The position numbers were made by a program, and so were the translations under genes. From Planctomycetaceae bacterium UBA2972 (lineage in GTDB: Bacteria; Planctomycetota; Planctomycetia; Pirellulales; Pirellulaceae), in assembly GCA_002348315.1 (NCBI GenBank), contig DEAW01000136.1:15211-79210 (forward strand): a stretch of DNA of 64,000 nucleotides. Direction: 5' to 3'. The notes beneath the pieces were generated by a model. The model was not told the origin of the DNA, made no database searches, and saw only the letters and a program-made list of their open reading frames with translations. Of the stretch, positions 8,853 through 19,024 are shown piece after piece. Numbering within the stretch: position 1 is the first letter of the stretch; every line of letters starts with the position of its first letter.

Positions 8853-10400
8853 CTATCGTGCGTCGATGCAGATTAATTCTTTCAGTGTTCGCGCGTAGAG
8901 TCGCCCTTGTGAATAAGCCAGCCCGGACAATGTCCAGGTTTGTCCTGCCGGTCCCAGATCACTAATGGAAACCAGAGCCTCCTGATTTAATTGGGAGGCG
9001 TTCCATTTGAGAACGTAAACCGACCCGACCATGGTGGTGAAGTAGATATGGTCTCCAATGACCGTTGGACAGGTGGCGGATACGTGTCCCCAGCCACTGC
9101 CGGCGTTTCTTTTATCCTGAGTGGCTAGAAAACCCTGAGCATTACGCATGTCGTTGGGGATTGTTTTATTCAGTAGGAACTCATCACGTTTGTTTTTGGA
9201 TTGGCGGATGACCTGTAGTGGAACCTGAAGATATTCGACGGCAGCGGTTTTTAAATGGATCCGTCCGATAAACCCCGGTTTGTGAGAAAGGAAATAATGA
9301 TAATCGCCGACAACCAGATTGGTTTGATACGTGATCGCTTTTTTGGCAGCGGGAAACGTCTGATCGGATTCAGTTCTGTAATTTGGGAATCCAGTCGTGA
9401 TGGTCACATTTTCAATGATGGAACTCCGGGAAATTTGCTCGCCTGTTTCCGGATCGAGTGTGATGTGATCGTGTCCTACAAATCCATAAACGCCCTTTTG
9501 ATTCCAGGAGACGTTTTGTGCGGAAGGATATCCGTTGATTCCAGCATCCCAATCTGTTGAACCATCGATTGCGTTGACACGTGAGATTCCAAACGGTTCT
9601 TCGGGTGGTTTGTGTCCTCCCCCTCGTCCAGTCATGATTACAGGTTTGGATTGATAGAATCCAAAGGTAGAAGCAGCATGGATACCGGTTCCGGTTTGAG
9701 CTACCCATGTCGTTTTGCCTGTTGCCAACTCGAAGGCGTGTAAGTGTGTCCAATACTGTCGGTCTCGCCCCAGTGGATGAGAACCTGCCTTGGTCGTTGC
9801 CGATATCGGGAGTCCCTCTTTGACAGTCTTGACGACAACCAGTTGTTGATTGAATAGAAACGGCTGGTGTTGGCGTGAATGATGACGACCAAATGGCGTC
9901 CAGGCATACGTCCATTTCTGATTACCGTCATGATCGAATACCGAAATCCGCCCGCCAACATTGATAAAGGCGACCCATTTGTCATTGGCCACTGCGGCGG
10001 CTGCCGTATTGTCACTGAACAAACTGGAGAGATCGGTTTTCCGGGCAGCCGGTAGTTCGCGTCGCCAGAGTTCTTTCCCTGTGTTGGCATCGAAGCAGAG
10101 TCCGACTGTCAGCGAACTCATTTCCGTATCGTTGGAGAGCGGTTCGTGACACATTACAAAGACCCGGTCTTTCATCACGACAGGCGTGCTTTGTCCTGTA
10201 TTCGGCAGTGGGGTGCGCCAGCGAATATTGGTCCCTCGAGCACCACTGAATTGCGTCGGAGCCTTTCCGGGAGCGACATAATTGAAAGTAGGGCCGGCAG
10301 CCTGTGGCCAATCGGCATGCGCAAATTGGGAAGCAATACAGAGTGAAACAACGCTCAGGAAAAATCTAATGATCGTGGTGTTCATGCATATACATCTCAT
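8853..10400 (-). CDS. Secreted PQQ-like beta-propeller repeat protein
   Basis: It has repeated G-x-x-x-W blade motifs (GKELWRREL, GNQKWTYAW, GKTTWVAQTG, GSTDWDAG). The start is taken at ATG 10400 because AAGGTG lies 9 nt upstream. ATG 10385 (MNTTIIRFFLSVVSLCIASQFAHA) is equally possible. Either start overlaps the 3' end of the upstream gene (stop at 10366). Confidence 0.7.
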   Translation of the reverse strand: MRCICMNTTIIRFFLSVVSLCIASQFAHADWPQAAGPTFNYVAPGKAPTQFSGARGTNIRWRTPLPNTGQSTPVVMKDRVFVMCHEPLSNDTEMSSLTVGLCFDANTGKELWRRELPAARKTDLSSLFSDNTAAAAVANDKWVAFINVGGRISVFDHDGNQKWTYAWTPFGRHHSRQHQPFLFNQQLVVVKTVKEGLPISATTKAGSHPLGRDRQYWTHLHAFELATGKTTWVAQTGTGIHAASTFGFYQSKPVIMTGRGGGHKPPEEPFGISRVNAIDGSTDWDAGINGYPSAQNVSWNQKGVYGFVGHDHITLDPETGEQISRSSIIENVTITTGFPNYRTESDQTFPAAKKAITYQTNLVVGDYHYFLSHKPGFIGRIHLKTAAVEYLQVPLQVIRQSKNKRDEFLLNKTIPNDMRNAQGFLATQDKRNAGSGWGHVSATCPTVIGDHIYFTTMVGSVYVLKWNASQLNQEALVSISDLGPAGQTWTLSGLAYSQGRLYARTLKELICIDAR

Positions 10401-13400
10401 GATTCTTATCACCTTTGGCCATGACGTAGGCAATCAGATCTAGAATCTCTTCGCGGGATAACTTATTCAACAGGCCCTTAGGCATCAGTGAGACATCCGC
10501 CTTTTTCTGAGCGTCGATATCGTCTTTGGCAATGACGGTCGCTTTATCTTTAGCTAATGGATCCACCACGACATGGATTTCGTCGGGAGTTTCTTTGATG
10601 ACCATGCCGGTAATCTGTTTGCCTGATACCAGTAGGTATGAATAAGATTGGTACTTTTCGGTAATCTTCTTCGAAGGCTCGACGATGGATTCAAGCACGT
10701 GCAACGTATTGAATACTTTAGCGTCCAGCTTTGCCAGATCCGGTCCGAATTCCCGTCCCTGATCTCCCAGTTTATGGCAGGATGCACAACTGGCGACCTT
10801 GAATAACTCCCGTCCTACCTCGTAGTTACGTCCCATGGGTAATGGATTCACATCGGCAAGTAGTTCTTCCAAATTCCATTCACGACCACGGCTACTCAGC
10901 TTGAGTAATTCGTCCTTGAATTCGAGTTGGTTATCAGCAAGATAGGTTTCCGGATCCAGATTATACTTTTCAACATCAGCTACGACGTACAAGGCTCCAT
11001 ACATGCGTCTCCAGTGGCCCGGATAGGTGCAAACGTACGGGTAAATCCCCGGTTCAGTTGGGGCATCAAAGATCAAGGCTTCAACCTGATTGCTTTGCAA
11101 TAACTTACTGCTAAGCAATACTTTATCGCTTTGAGGAACATAGTGTCGCTCGATAGCATCCGGATCTCGGCCTGTTGACTCGGCCAGTTCACCAATTTCC
11201 TGCATCGCTCCGGGGACCGTAATGACAAAGTTGTGTGGCATGCTGTCGGTATTAGAAAATCGGAACTCCACGGTTCTGCCAACTTCAATAGCGATCTGTT
11301 CTTTGTCGTAAATCATTCGATGGGGGACTGTGCCAATCGCGATCACTCGGACATCCAGATTCTCCAGTCGGTTTTCGACAGCTTTTCGCTCGGTTTCCGG
11401 TAGTTTAGCAGCCACAGTTTTCGTGAGATTAATCGCTTCCAGCGCCGCATCACTCGTCCGGTAGGCCGCAGGTAATTCGGTGAGGTAGGCCACCAGATTG
11501 TCGGCCAGCGGCTGCAATTGTGGTGCGGGCCATTTATCGGCTGGAATACGGCTGAGAGCATGGATCGACGAAGTCCGTTGGCGTCCTGCTTTCAGTAACG
11601 CAATCAAGGCATCAAATTTCTCCACTTCATGTCCGGGGATCGCTGCCAGTGAATGAATGGCAAAGTCATGGATGGTTTCACCGGATGAAACAGTGAGTCG
11701 GTTTTTAGGAACATCCTGTTTTTGGACACCAGGTCCGGCCCATTGAAATCTGAGCGCGTCTCCTCCACCGTTGTCGAAATACGTGACATCCAGTTTGTGG
11801 CTGCCGGCTGCCAGATCGATTTCGCCAGCCTGTTCAGTCGGTCCCTGTAAACGGTCATTGTTAATCAGCAGGGTATCATTGACGTACACGCGGGACCCGT
11901 CATCGGATGTAATAAAGAACGTGTATTTACCGGGCCTTTCAATCTGAATGAAACCGCTAAACTTCAAAGCAAAGTTATCAGAGGCTTTCCGCTGAGGTAC
12001 GTCCATACCGACGTGATCGGCAATGCCGCTTTCTTTGGCAGTTAATTTCAACAGGTTATTGATGTCAACGTTTCCAATCGCCGGTTGATAGAAGTCGACA
12101 TGGATTCCCGGTTGTGCCAGAGAGGCACTGCCGGATTCGGCTTCAAGTTGCGTCGGCAAGCTTGAGACCAAAGGTAGAACTTTGGAGTACAGATTGCTGC
12201 GGATGTCCTCATTCTGAATCGCTGGTATGGCCGAGAGAAAATCACGAAGCTGTTCTTTACTGCGAGTTGCCGCCAGATAGGCATCATCGCCCCTGCCGTC
12301 TGACGCAATCCAGGCAGCGAACGCGAATTTGCGAGTTTCATTTGCTTTACCGTTTACCGCCAGTGCTTCGATCGTCTCGGCGTGTGGAGCAAGTTGCGTT
12401 GCTGGTTGTAAAGTTAACAGTGTTCCCAGTCCTGCTATTCCAATCTGACTTTCGGCATCGCGTGCGGCAAGCAGTTCGACAATGAGTGCTGCCGGATCGG
12501 TTTTTTGTAACTTCGACAAACCACTAATGGCGACAGACAGTTGTTCGGCGTTGGCATTTTCCCGAGAAAGTATTGCCAGATAGACAGCTTCAGTGGGATC
12601 GAGTTTCATGAGGTCAGCGATGCTGGCATTACGAAGGACATAGAGTTGCGCTGCTTTGGAAAGCGGCTGATTGTTGGCAATCGCATCATTGACAATGGCG
12701 TCCACATTGAGGCTCTTGGTGGCATAGTTAATCACTGTGGTTAATTCGGCATCGGTTGGTCTGACTGCAACCTCGAAGACCGCTTCAGCCGCGGCCAGTC
12801 CCTGAAGTTCAACTGCGGCTTTGGCAACTTCAGCTCGTACTAAAGCGGATTCATCCTGAGCGGCAGTACGCAGTAAATCTTCCCAGCCTTCGACTTTGCC
12901 GGACCAGTGCCCCAATGTGCGTATGGCGGCAGCTCGATGACGCCCATCCTCAGCCTCGAAGACTCGTTTAAGTAATTCCAGATTAGCAACACGTTGCTCC
13001 TCGAATACCCATAAGCACTCAAGCAGAGCCTGAGCCTGTACGGCATCTGTCGGGTCAAGCGACTGGGACCATTGAGAGACGGTTTTGAGAGTCGCTTTGG
13101 TTTCGCGACCACTCAGTTCTAAGCGGGCTCGATAACGGATACCGTTATCAGGTAAAAGAAACGACTTTAAAATGTCAGCAACCGGTGCGCCAATCATCTG
13201 CGGATGTTTTACCAATGGACGCCCTTGATACGTTACTCGATAGATACGACCGTGTTGAGCATCACGGTTTGGGTCACGCATATTGTGTTGCATATGACCA
13301 ATTAAGGCGTTGCTCCAATCCGAAACATAAATAGCTCCGTCCCCACCGATCTCGATGTCAGAAGGACGGAATGTCGGATCCGATGAATAGAGAATGGGTT

Positions 13401-15285
13401 CAATCTCTTCGGCCGTAATGTCGGCGCCGTTGTAGCTTACTTCGTGTTGCAGCACACCCTGAAAACCAATCACATTACAGATCAGAAAGTTGCCGTTATT
13501 CGCTTCAGGGAAATGACTACTCGAAAGAATACCGGTCGCCGCCACCGGACGTACTCGTTTCTTAAACCATTGCTTGTTACCGTTTCCTTTACCAATATTT
13601 ACGTAACTCCCTGTGCCGCCCGTTCCATCATTGGCAAACTGGAATCCCCACTGATCAAAAACGTCACCGTGCGGATTAGGGCCAATCGGGAAGACGAATT
13701 CCATTTCGAAGGTACGAGGGTCAAAGCGGTAGACGCCCGATGCGGTCGAGCGATACGTCTGTGTCGGCGTCTCCATGTTAGCGACATTAAAGATCCCCCG
13801 ACTCCAATAGAGTCCTCCGTCGGGGCCGATCACAAAGGCGTTGGCACTGTGGTGCGTGTCGGCACTCGAAACCCCCTGTAGCATTCGCACTTTTTTGTCA
13901 GCTACCATATCGCCGTCAGTATCTTTGAGAAACCAGATTTCCGGCGGAGCTGCAACAAGCATGCCTCCTCCCCAAAACTCAATTCCTGTGATGCTGTTGA
14001 GCTTGTCGGCGAAGACAATGCATTCATCGGCCAGACCGTCCAGATCTTTGTCCGGGAAAGCCAGGATGCGGTCCGTGCGAGGTTGGGTTGGATTCCAGTG
14101 AGGATAAGACGGCCAGACAGATGCATAGAGGACGCCATTGGGATCCACACACATTTGCACAGGGTTTACCAATTCCGGAAATCGCTCCTCAGACGCGAAG
14201 AGGTTGACCTGCATCCCCTTGGCAATCGTCATTTTATTAATCGCATCAGCTCCCTTGAGGTAGGGATGGGAACCACCATCGAGTGACCCGGGTTTGTTCG
14301 TGCGTACCTCTAACTCATCGGGTAGATTGTCATCTTTGACTTGAAAGTCATTTCCATTGGCATAGGCCCAGACGAGTTCATCCCGGTTGGCAGTCATCAC
14401 GTCAAAGATTTCCATTTCCCGTTTCATGACATCGGCATTGGACTGACCAAACCAATTGAGTGTGGATCGACCACCGTAGACGTTGTAGCCATCCACAACA
14501 CGATAACGACTGAACCAGTAGTAATTTCGTTCCAGTACAGCCTCGCGAATACGTTCGATTTCTTGGCGCTTACCTGCCCGACTGGCATCCACCCCGAAGA
14601 GTTGTTCGACGATGACCTGAGCAATGGCGTCCGCTCCGTGATCGAGCAGATGGACTCCGTTAAGAGTCAGTGGTTTGGAAGAGGCTTCATACAGCGATAA
14701 CGAAGGAGTATAGATATCAACAAACTGGACGTTTTGTTGATCGCACACTTCGGACATTGCCGACGTGATCGCCTTTAGATTTGGGTTGTTTTTACTTCCA
14801 TCAGGTAAGTTTGGATTCTGTAGATCTTCATGGGCGATCGGTGAAAAGATGACAATCGTGGGAGTCGATTCACCGTTGTATCGTTGCTGTTTCATGCCTT
14901 CGACCATCGTCGCTAAATTCTGTTTGAAGGTGCCGACATGCTCGGGACCACGTAATGCTTCGTTAAAACCAAAGAAGCAAAAGACGACGTCTGCCCGGAC
15001 TTTGGTAAGCCATTGATCGGCGGATCCGAAATTGTTCGAACGCGGTCTGGTGTTTACCTCATCACCGGTAAAGCCGAGATGACGAAAGGAAAGTTTGTGT
15101 TTAGGATGGAACGCCTGAATGTATGACTCCAACCATCCCTGATGTTGCATGCGGTCAGCCAGGTTATTGCCAATCACTGCAATTCGACCATTTTCAGGGA
15201 GAGTCAGTGTCTGGGATTTTGCCTCGACCGTCACGAAAAAGATGAGCAAAAAGAGCGAAATCATCGGGGATGCGAAGCGACGCAT
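10366..15285 (-). CDS. 1639-aa multidomain periplasmic protein: SGNH hydrolase + dehydrogenase-type propeller + HEAT repeats + PA14 + cupredoxin + cytochrome c
   Basis: Signal peptide is MRRFASPMISLFLLIFFVTVEA. SGNH block: IAVIGNNLADRM, VVFCFFGFNE. Propeller: GDGAIYVSDWSN. HEAT-like helical region: AAIRTLGHW, ALVRAEVAKA. PA14: ERPGKYTFFITSDDGSRVYVNDTLLINND...LRFQWAGPG. Type-1 copper ligand pattern: MPHNF ... YVCTYPGHWRRMYG. Heme domain: CASCHKLGDQGREFGPDL...SLMPKGLLNKLSREEILDLIAYV. The protein ends in HEMYMHEHHDH. Confidence 0.85.
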   Translation of the reverse strand: MRRFASPMISLFLLIFFVTVEAKSQTLTLPENGRIAVIGNNLADRMQHQGWLESYIQAFHPKHKLSFRHLGFTGDEVNTRPRSNNFGSADQWLTKVRADVVFCFFGFNEALRGPEHVGTFKQNLATMVEGMKQQRYNGESTPTIVIFSPIAHEDLQNPNLPDGSKNNPNLKAITSAMSEVCDQQNVQFVDIYTPSLSLYEASSKPLTLNGVHLLDHGADAIAQVIVEQLFGVDASRAGKRQEIERIREAVLERNYYWFSRYRVVDGYNVYGGRSTLNWFGQSNADVMKREMEIFDVMTANRDELVWAYANGNDFQVKDDNLPDELEVRTNKPGSLDGGSHPYLKGADAINKMTIAKGMQVNLFASEERFPELVNPVQMCVDPNGVLYASVWPSYPHWNPTQPRTDRILAFPDKDLDGLADECIVFADKLNSITGIEFWGGGMLVAAPPEIWFLKDTDGDMVADKKVRMLQGVSSADTHHSANAFVIGPDGGLYWSRGIFNVANMETPTQTYRSTASGVYRFDPRTFEMEFVFPIGPNPHGDVFDQWGFQFANDGTGGTGSYVNIGKGNGNKQWFKKRVRPVAATGILSSSHFPEANNGNFLICNVIGFQGVLQHEVSYNGADITAEEIEPILYSSDPTFRPSDIEIGGDGAIYVSDWSNALIGHMQHNMRDPNRDAQHGRIYRVTYQGRPLVKHPQMIGAPVADILKSFLLPDNGIRYRARLELSGRETKATLKTVSQWSQSLDPTDAVQAQALLECLWVFEEQRVANLELLKRVFEAEDGRHRAAAIRTLGHWSGKVEGWEDLLRTAAQDESALVRAEVAKAAVELQGLAAAEAVFEVAVRPTDAELTTVINYATKSLNVDAIVNDAIANNQPLSKAAQLYVLRNASIADLMKLDPTEAVYLAILSRENANAEQLSVAISGLSKLQKTDPAALIVELLAARDAESQIGIAGLGTLLTLQPATQLAPHAETIEALAVNGKANETRKFAFAAWIASDGRGDDAYLAATRSKEQLRDFLSAIPAIQNEDIRSNLYSKVLPLVSSLPTQLEAESGSASLAQPGIHVDFYQPAIGNVDINNLLKLTAKESGIADHVGMDVPQRKASDNFALKFSGFIQIERPGKYTFFITSDDGSRVYVNDTLLINNDRLQGPTEQAGEIDLAAGSHKLDVTYFDNGGGDALRFQWAGPGVQKQDVPKNRLTVSSGETIHDFAIHSLAAIPGHEVEKFDALIALLKAGRQRTSSIHALSRIPADKWPAPQLQPLADNLVAYLTELPAAYRTSDAALEAINLTKTVAAKLPETERKAVENRLENLDVRVIAIGTVPHRMIYDKEQIAIEVGRTVEFRFSNTDSMPHNFVITVPGAMQEIGELAESTGRDPDAIERHYVPQSDKVLLSSKLLQSNQVEALIFDAPTEPGIYPYVCTYPGHWRRMYGALYVVADVEKYNLDPETYLADNQLEFKDELLKLSSRGREWNLEELLADVNPLPMGRNYEVGRELFKVASCASCHKLGDQGREFGPDLAKLDAKVFNTLHVLESIVEPSKKITEKYQSYSYLLVSGKQITGMVIKETPDEIHVVVDPLAKDKATVIAKDDIDAQKKADVSLMPKGLLNKLSREEILDLIAYVMAKGDKNHEMYMHEHHDH

Positions 15286-15385
15286 AGTGTAATCCTCGTA
15301 AGTAGGCGAATTTCCAGATGAGCTGTATCGTTGAGTGTATCATGTAACAAACCAACATGTTAGTTTTTGCAGGACTCTCGAACTG

Positions 15386-16834
15386 ATGACAACGATTCGA
15401 CTTCATAGGCTGGCTCTCACTTTGATCCTGACGATTTTAGCGATGCCTCTTCAGGCTCAGGATGCCTCCGGAGTCAAACCAAATATCCTGATTTTGTTGG
15501 GGGATAACTGGGCTGCACCTCACGCTTCGATTCTGGGTGATGCTTCGGTGAATACACCGACCTTCGATCAAATCGCTAAGAACGGAGTGTTGTTTACAAA
15601 TGCTTTTTGTCAGGTCCCGTCCTGTTCGCCCTCCCGGGCAGTGCTACTTACAGGAAAGTACGCGCATCAACTTGAGGATGCAGCTAATCTGTGGGGGCAT
15701 TTTCCGGACGAACTCTGGACGTTTCCGCTGGCGTTACAACGAAGCAAAGACGCCTATCAAGTCGGTTACATGATCAAAGGTTGGGGGCCGGGATATTATT
15801 TAGGCGAGCGTCATACCAAAGCGAATCCCAATCCTGCCGGAGTGAAATCCGAATCTTTTGAAGCCTTCTTGAGTTCTGTGGGAGAAAAGCCGTTTTGTTT
15901 CTGGTTTGGTTCCCACGATCCCCATCGACCCTGGAAAGCTGACGAGGCGTATTATCAGGGACTCGATGAAATCCAAGTTGAAGTGCCGGGCTATCTGCCA
16001 GATCATCCTACCGTGCGACAGGAAATCGTAGACTACTATGCCGAAGTGCAAAAGTTTGATGACGAATGCGGAAAGATTATCGAGTCATTAAAACGAGCCG
16101 GGAAATATGAAAATACGATTATTCTGATGCTTGGTGACAATGGCTGGCAGATGCCGCGTGGTTTGGCAAATGTCTATGACTGGGGAACACATGTGCCGCT
16201 GGCAATCCAGTGGCCCGGGCGACTTAAAACGGATATGCAGTCAGAGACCTTTGTCAGCTTTGAAGATATCGGACCAACCCTGTTTGACTTAATGGGAATA
16301 AAAGACCGGAACATGACAGGTTCAAGCTTTGCCGGAGTACTAACCGGTGAGACGCAAAGTCATCGAGATCATGTTTTTCTGGAACGTGAACGTCATGCTA
16401 ATGTAAGAGCTGATGATGCGACGTATCCTTGCCGAGCGATACGTACGCAGGACTATTTATGGATCTGGAATATTCGTCCTGAATTACACCCGGCAGGGGA
16501 TCCCGTAACGCATTGGGCAGTGGGACCCTTTGGAGATATCGATAACTCGCTCACGAAAGCTCTACTGCTGGATGCCGACGGTGAATCCCCATTGGCTAAA
16601 TGGAAAGAGCTTGCAGTTGGCAAACGTCCTGAATTCGAACTCTATGATCTCCGTACAGATCCCTGGCAGATTGAGAATGTTGCCGGGCACTCGGCCTATT
16701 CCAGTGTACATCGTCAATTGAAATCGGCGGTCATGCGGTGGATGCGTAAGACCGATGACCCGCGAGCGTCAGAATTGAAGACTCAAGTATTTGACGATTA
16801 CGAGTACTTCGGTGGTCCCGCGAAAAAGAAGTGA
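15386..16834 (+). CDS. Secreted sulfatase
   Basis: ATG 15386 gives the signal peptide MTTIRLHRLALTLILTILAMPLQAQD. It has PNILILLGDNW, a canonical C-S-P-S-R + AVLLTGKY, and LGDNGW. Confidence 0.9.
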   Translation: MTTIRLHRLALTLILTILAMPLQAQDASGVKPNILILLGDNWAAPHASILGDASVNTPTFDQIAKNGVLFTNAFCQVPSCSPSRAVLLTGKYAHQLEDAANLWGHFPDELWTFPLALQRSKDAYQVGYMIKGWGPGYYLGERHTKANPNPAGVKSESFEAFLSSVGEKPFCFWFGSHDPHRPWKADEAYYQGLDEIQVEVPGYLPDHPTVRQEIVDYYAEVQKFDDECGKIIESLKRAGKYENTIILMLGDNGWQMPRGLANVYDWGTHVPLAIQWPGRLKTDMQSETFVSFEDIGPTLFDLMGIKDRNMTGSSFAGVLTGETQSHRDHVFLERERHANVRADDATYPCRAIRTQDYLWIWNIRPELHPAGDPVTHWAVGPFGDIDNSLTKALLLDADGESPLAKWKELAVGKRPEFELYDLRTDPWQIENVAGHSAYSSVHRQLKSAVMRWMRKTDDPRASELKTQVFDDYEYFGGPAKKK

Positions 16835-16841
16835 CAGCTTG

Positions 16842-18818
16842 TTACGGCTGAATCGACTCGAAAATCTTTTCCAGATGGGGTTTGAGAAATAGTTTGGCGC
16901 CGGATTTAGACAAGTGATTGTCGTCGACGTAATACAACGTGTTATTTTCCATATATCTGGCATGTCCGTCGGCAGTGAAAAATGCCGGGGCTGGGTCAAA
17001 TACGGTGACGTTGGGTAGATCGATGTTTCTGAGGATGGCTCTCACGGATTGTTGCCGGTTTGTATGTTCTTCCAGTGAGACTCCCCGAGGAATAGCCTCT
17101 TCACGTTGAATCGAAATCACCGATTCGTAAATTGGATCATGATGCTGTAACGGCACTTGCTCCATGATCCATACTTTAATTCCCCAATCGCCTAGCTGCT
17201 CAAGCGTTTGATGTATGTTAGTCTTGAACACCTGACGGCTAGCATGCGGGCCGTACTCATTCGTGTTGTCATCGGTGATCAGATATTTCCTCAGACCGGT
17301 AGCATTTCCTTCGATGTTGTCAGACCACCGGGCCGCCATAATGACATGAGTTATGTCATGGCGCTGAATGAAATTCATTACGCCATTATTCCAAATCATA
17401 GTGTTCTCTCGATCGAACACTCGATAGGACCTGAACATCGGTACTGTACCGCCGCGAGCCGCTACGAAACCAGTCAGTTGGTGGCGTTTTGCTAATTCAT
17501 GACATAGTTCGGCGACGACAAGCGAATGACTGTCTCCCCAAACCAGAATTTTGGGACGGTCGGCAATTGGCTGGGAAATCCCAATCGGTGGCAATCGGTC
17601 ATATTCCGGATCCCAGATGGAATCCTTTATGTAGTGGATCGGAGCTTCTGCAGTAGCCAGGAGCTCTGTGATTTGGCTATTCCATCGTTTGGGAAGTCCA
17701 TCGTTTTCTGAAATTCCTGCTCCTGTTCCCATAATCATCAAGGAAAACGAAGTGGAAGCAAGAACCAAACGTTTTTGGGAAGGTAATAAACGACGTAGTC
17801 GAAAGGGATTTTCTATTAAGTGGTACGAAGCGATGCCAGCGATGAGGCTGAGCGTGATCCCCAGAAGGCTGGTTTGCAGATCTAATTCCAAATGATTTGT
17901 GTAGCGAAGGTAGACAATGATCGGCCAATGCCAAAGGTAGAGCGAATAGGAAATCTTTCCCATGTAAGTCAGCGCTGGCATAGAGAGGAAACGGGAAACG
18001 GACGTCCGGGAGTTTCCATTTTTATTGAAGTAGAGTAGGGCAGCGGTTGCCAGACAAGGCCATAACGCTGCCAATCCGGGAAAGTCCATCTGCTGGTTGT
18101 AGAGAAAGAAGAAAGCAACGATTGCAGTGATCGCAGTGAGCGATCCAATTTCTGCGGTTTTGCGAAGAGTCTTTTTAAGCTCGGGGATGAACAGGATGAT
18201 TGCACCAAGCAGCATTTCCCAGGCTCGTGTTGGCAAGATGAAAAATGCCTCGGTGGGATAGGTATGAACAGCCCAAAGATTGACAGCCATGGAAACAGCC
18301 GCCAGACTGCAAATGATGATACAAAGTCGCTTTCTGGAGACATTGCGGCAGAGAATCAGGATTAGGGGGAAGACGAGATAAAACTGTTCCTCAACTGCCA
18401 GCGACCAGGTGTGAAGCAATGGTACTAATTCAGCAGGGCCAGCAAAATAGTCCATCGAGTTGGCAAAGTAATGATTGGACACCAATGCCATTTGGGCGAT
18501 GGCGGATTCGGCCAGTTTGTCATAATCCCCCGGAATTAACAGCCAGTAGCCTGTGACGAGCGTCACGGTGGTCATGAGCAATGCAGCTGGCATCAATCGA
18601 CGGATTCGGCGCCCCAGAAAAACTCGCATCGAGAAGCGATCTTCCGACTGGGCTTTTAAGATCAAACTGGTGATTAGGAACCCAGAGATGACAAAGAAGA
18701 TGTCAACTCCGATAAACCCACCACTGAAACTGAGTCCGGCATGAAACAGCAACACACCGATTACGGCAACAGCACGTAGTCCATCGATATCTGCTCTGTA
18801 TTTCAGCTTTTCCATCAC
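16842..18818 (-). CDS. Acyltransferase family 3 (OafA/YrhL-like) membrane protein with a C-terminal SGNH-like domain
   Basis: N-terminus is MMEKLKYRADIDGLRAVAVIGVLLFHA. About ten hydrophobic segments span the first ~370 aa, followed by a soluble C-terminal domain with ILVWGDSHS. Confidence 0.85.
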   Translation of the reverse strand: MMEKLKYRADIDGLRAVAVIGVLLFHAGLSFSGGFIGVDIFFVISGFLITSLILKAQSEDRFSMRVFLGRRIRRLMPAALLMTTVTLVTGYWLLIPGDYDKLAESAIAQMALVSNHYFANSMDYFAGPAELVPLLHTWSLAVEEQFYLVFPLILILCRNVSRKRLCIIICSLAAVSMAVNLWAVHTYPTEAFFILPTRAWEMLLGAIILFIPELKKTLRKTAEIGSLTAITAIVAFFFLYNQQMDFPGLAALWPCLATAALLYFNKNGNSRTSVSRFLSMPALTYMGKISYSLYLWHWPIIVYLRYTNHLELDLQTSLLGITLSLIAGIASYHLIENPFRLRRLLPSQKRLVLASTSFSLMIMGTGAGISENDGLPKRWNSQITELLATAEAPIHYIKDSIWDPEYDRLPPIGISQPIADRPKILVWGDSHSLVVAELCHELAKRHQLTGFVAARGGTVPMFRSYRVFDRENTMIWNNGVMNFIQRHDITHVIMAARWSDNIEGNATGLRKYLITDDNTNEYGPHASRQVFKTNIHQTLEQLGDWGIKVWIMEQVPLQHHDPIYESVISIQREEAIPRGVSLEEHTNRQQSVRAILRNIDLPNVTVFDPAPAFFTADGHARYMENNTLYYVDDNHLSKSGAKLFLKPHLEKIFESIQP

Positions 18819-19024
18819 TCTGTCGACTGAAACCGAATTCTGTCTTTGAATACCAACGCTATCAGAACTCCAACTGATCCTGAAGCATGCTGGCCATCCT
18901 AGTATGAATCAATCCAGTAATTCAATACGAATCAAAGTGGCGATTCAGTAATCGATAGCTCTAGCAAGTAAAGAATTAAAACGGTTACAGAGATTTGGGA
19001 AAGCAGATAAGCAGCCCCGTGGAA

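Noticed and set aside
9255-10346. Cluster of 60-170-aa ORFs in other frames within the PQQ-propeller gene: 9255..9560 +, 9412..9915 -, 9701..10090 -, 10012..10311 -, 10146..10346 +
   Set aside because: All are nested in a long ORF with clear repeat structure and a signal peptide. Their translations are Arg/Ser/Cys-rich nonsense typical of off-frame reading.
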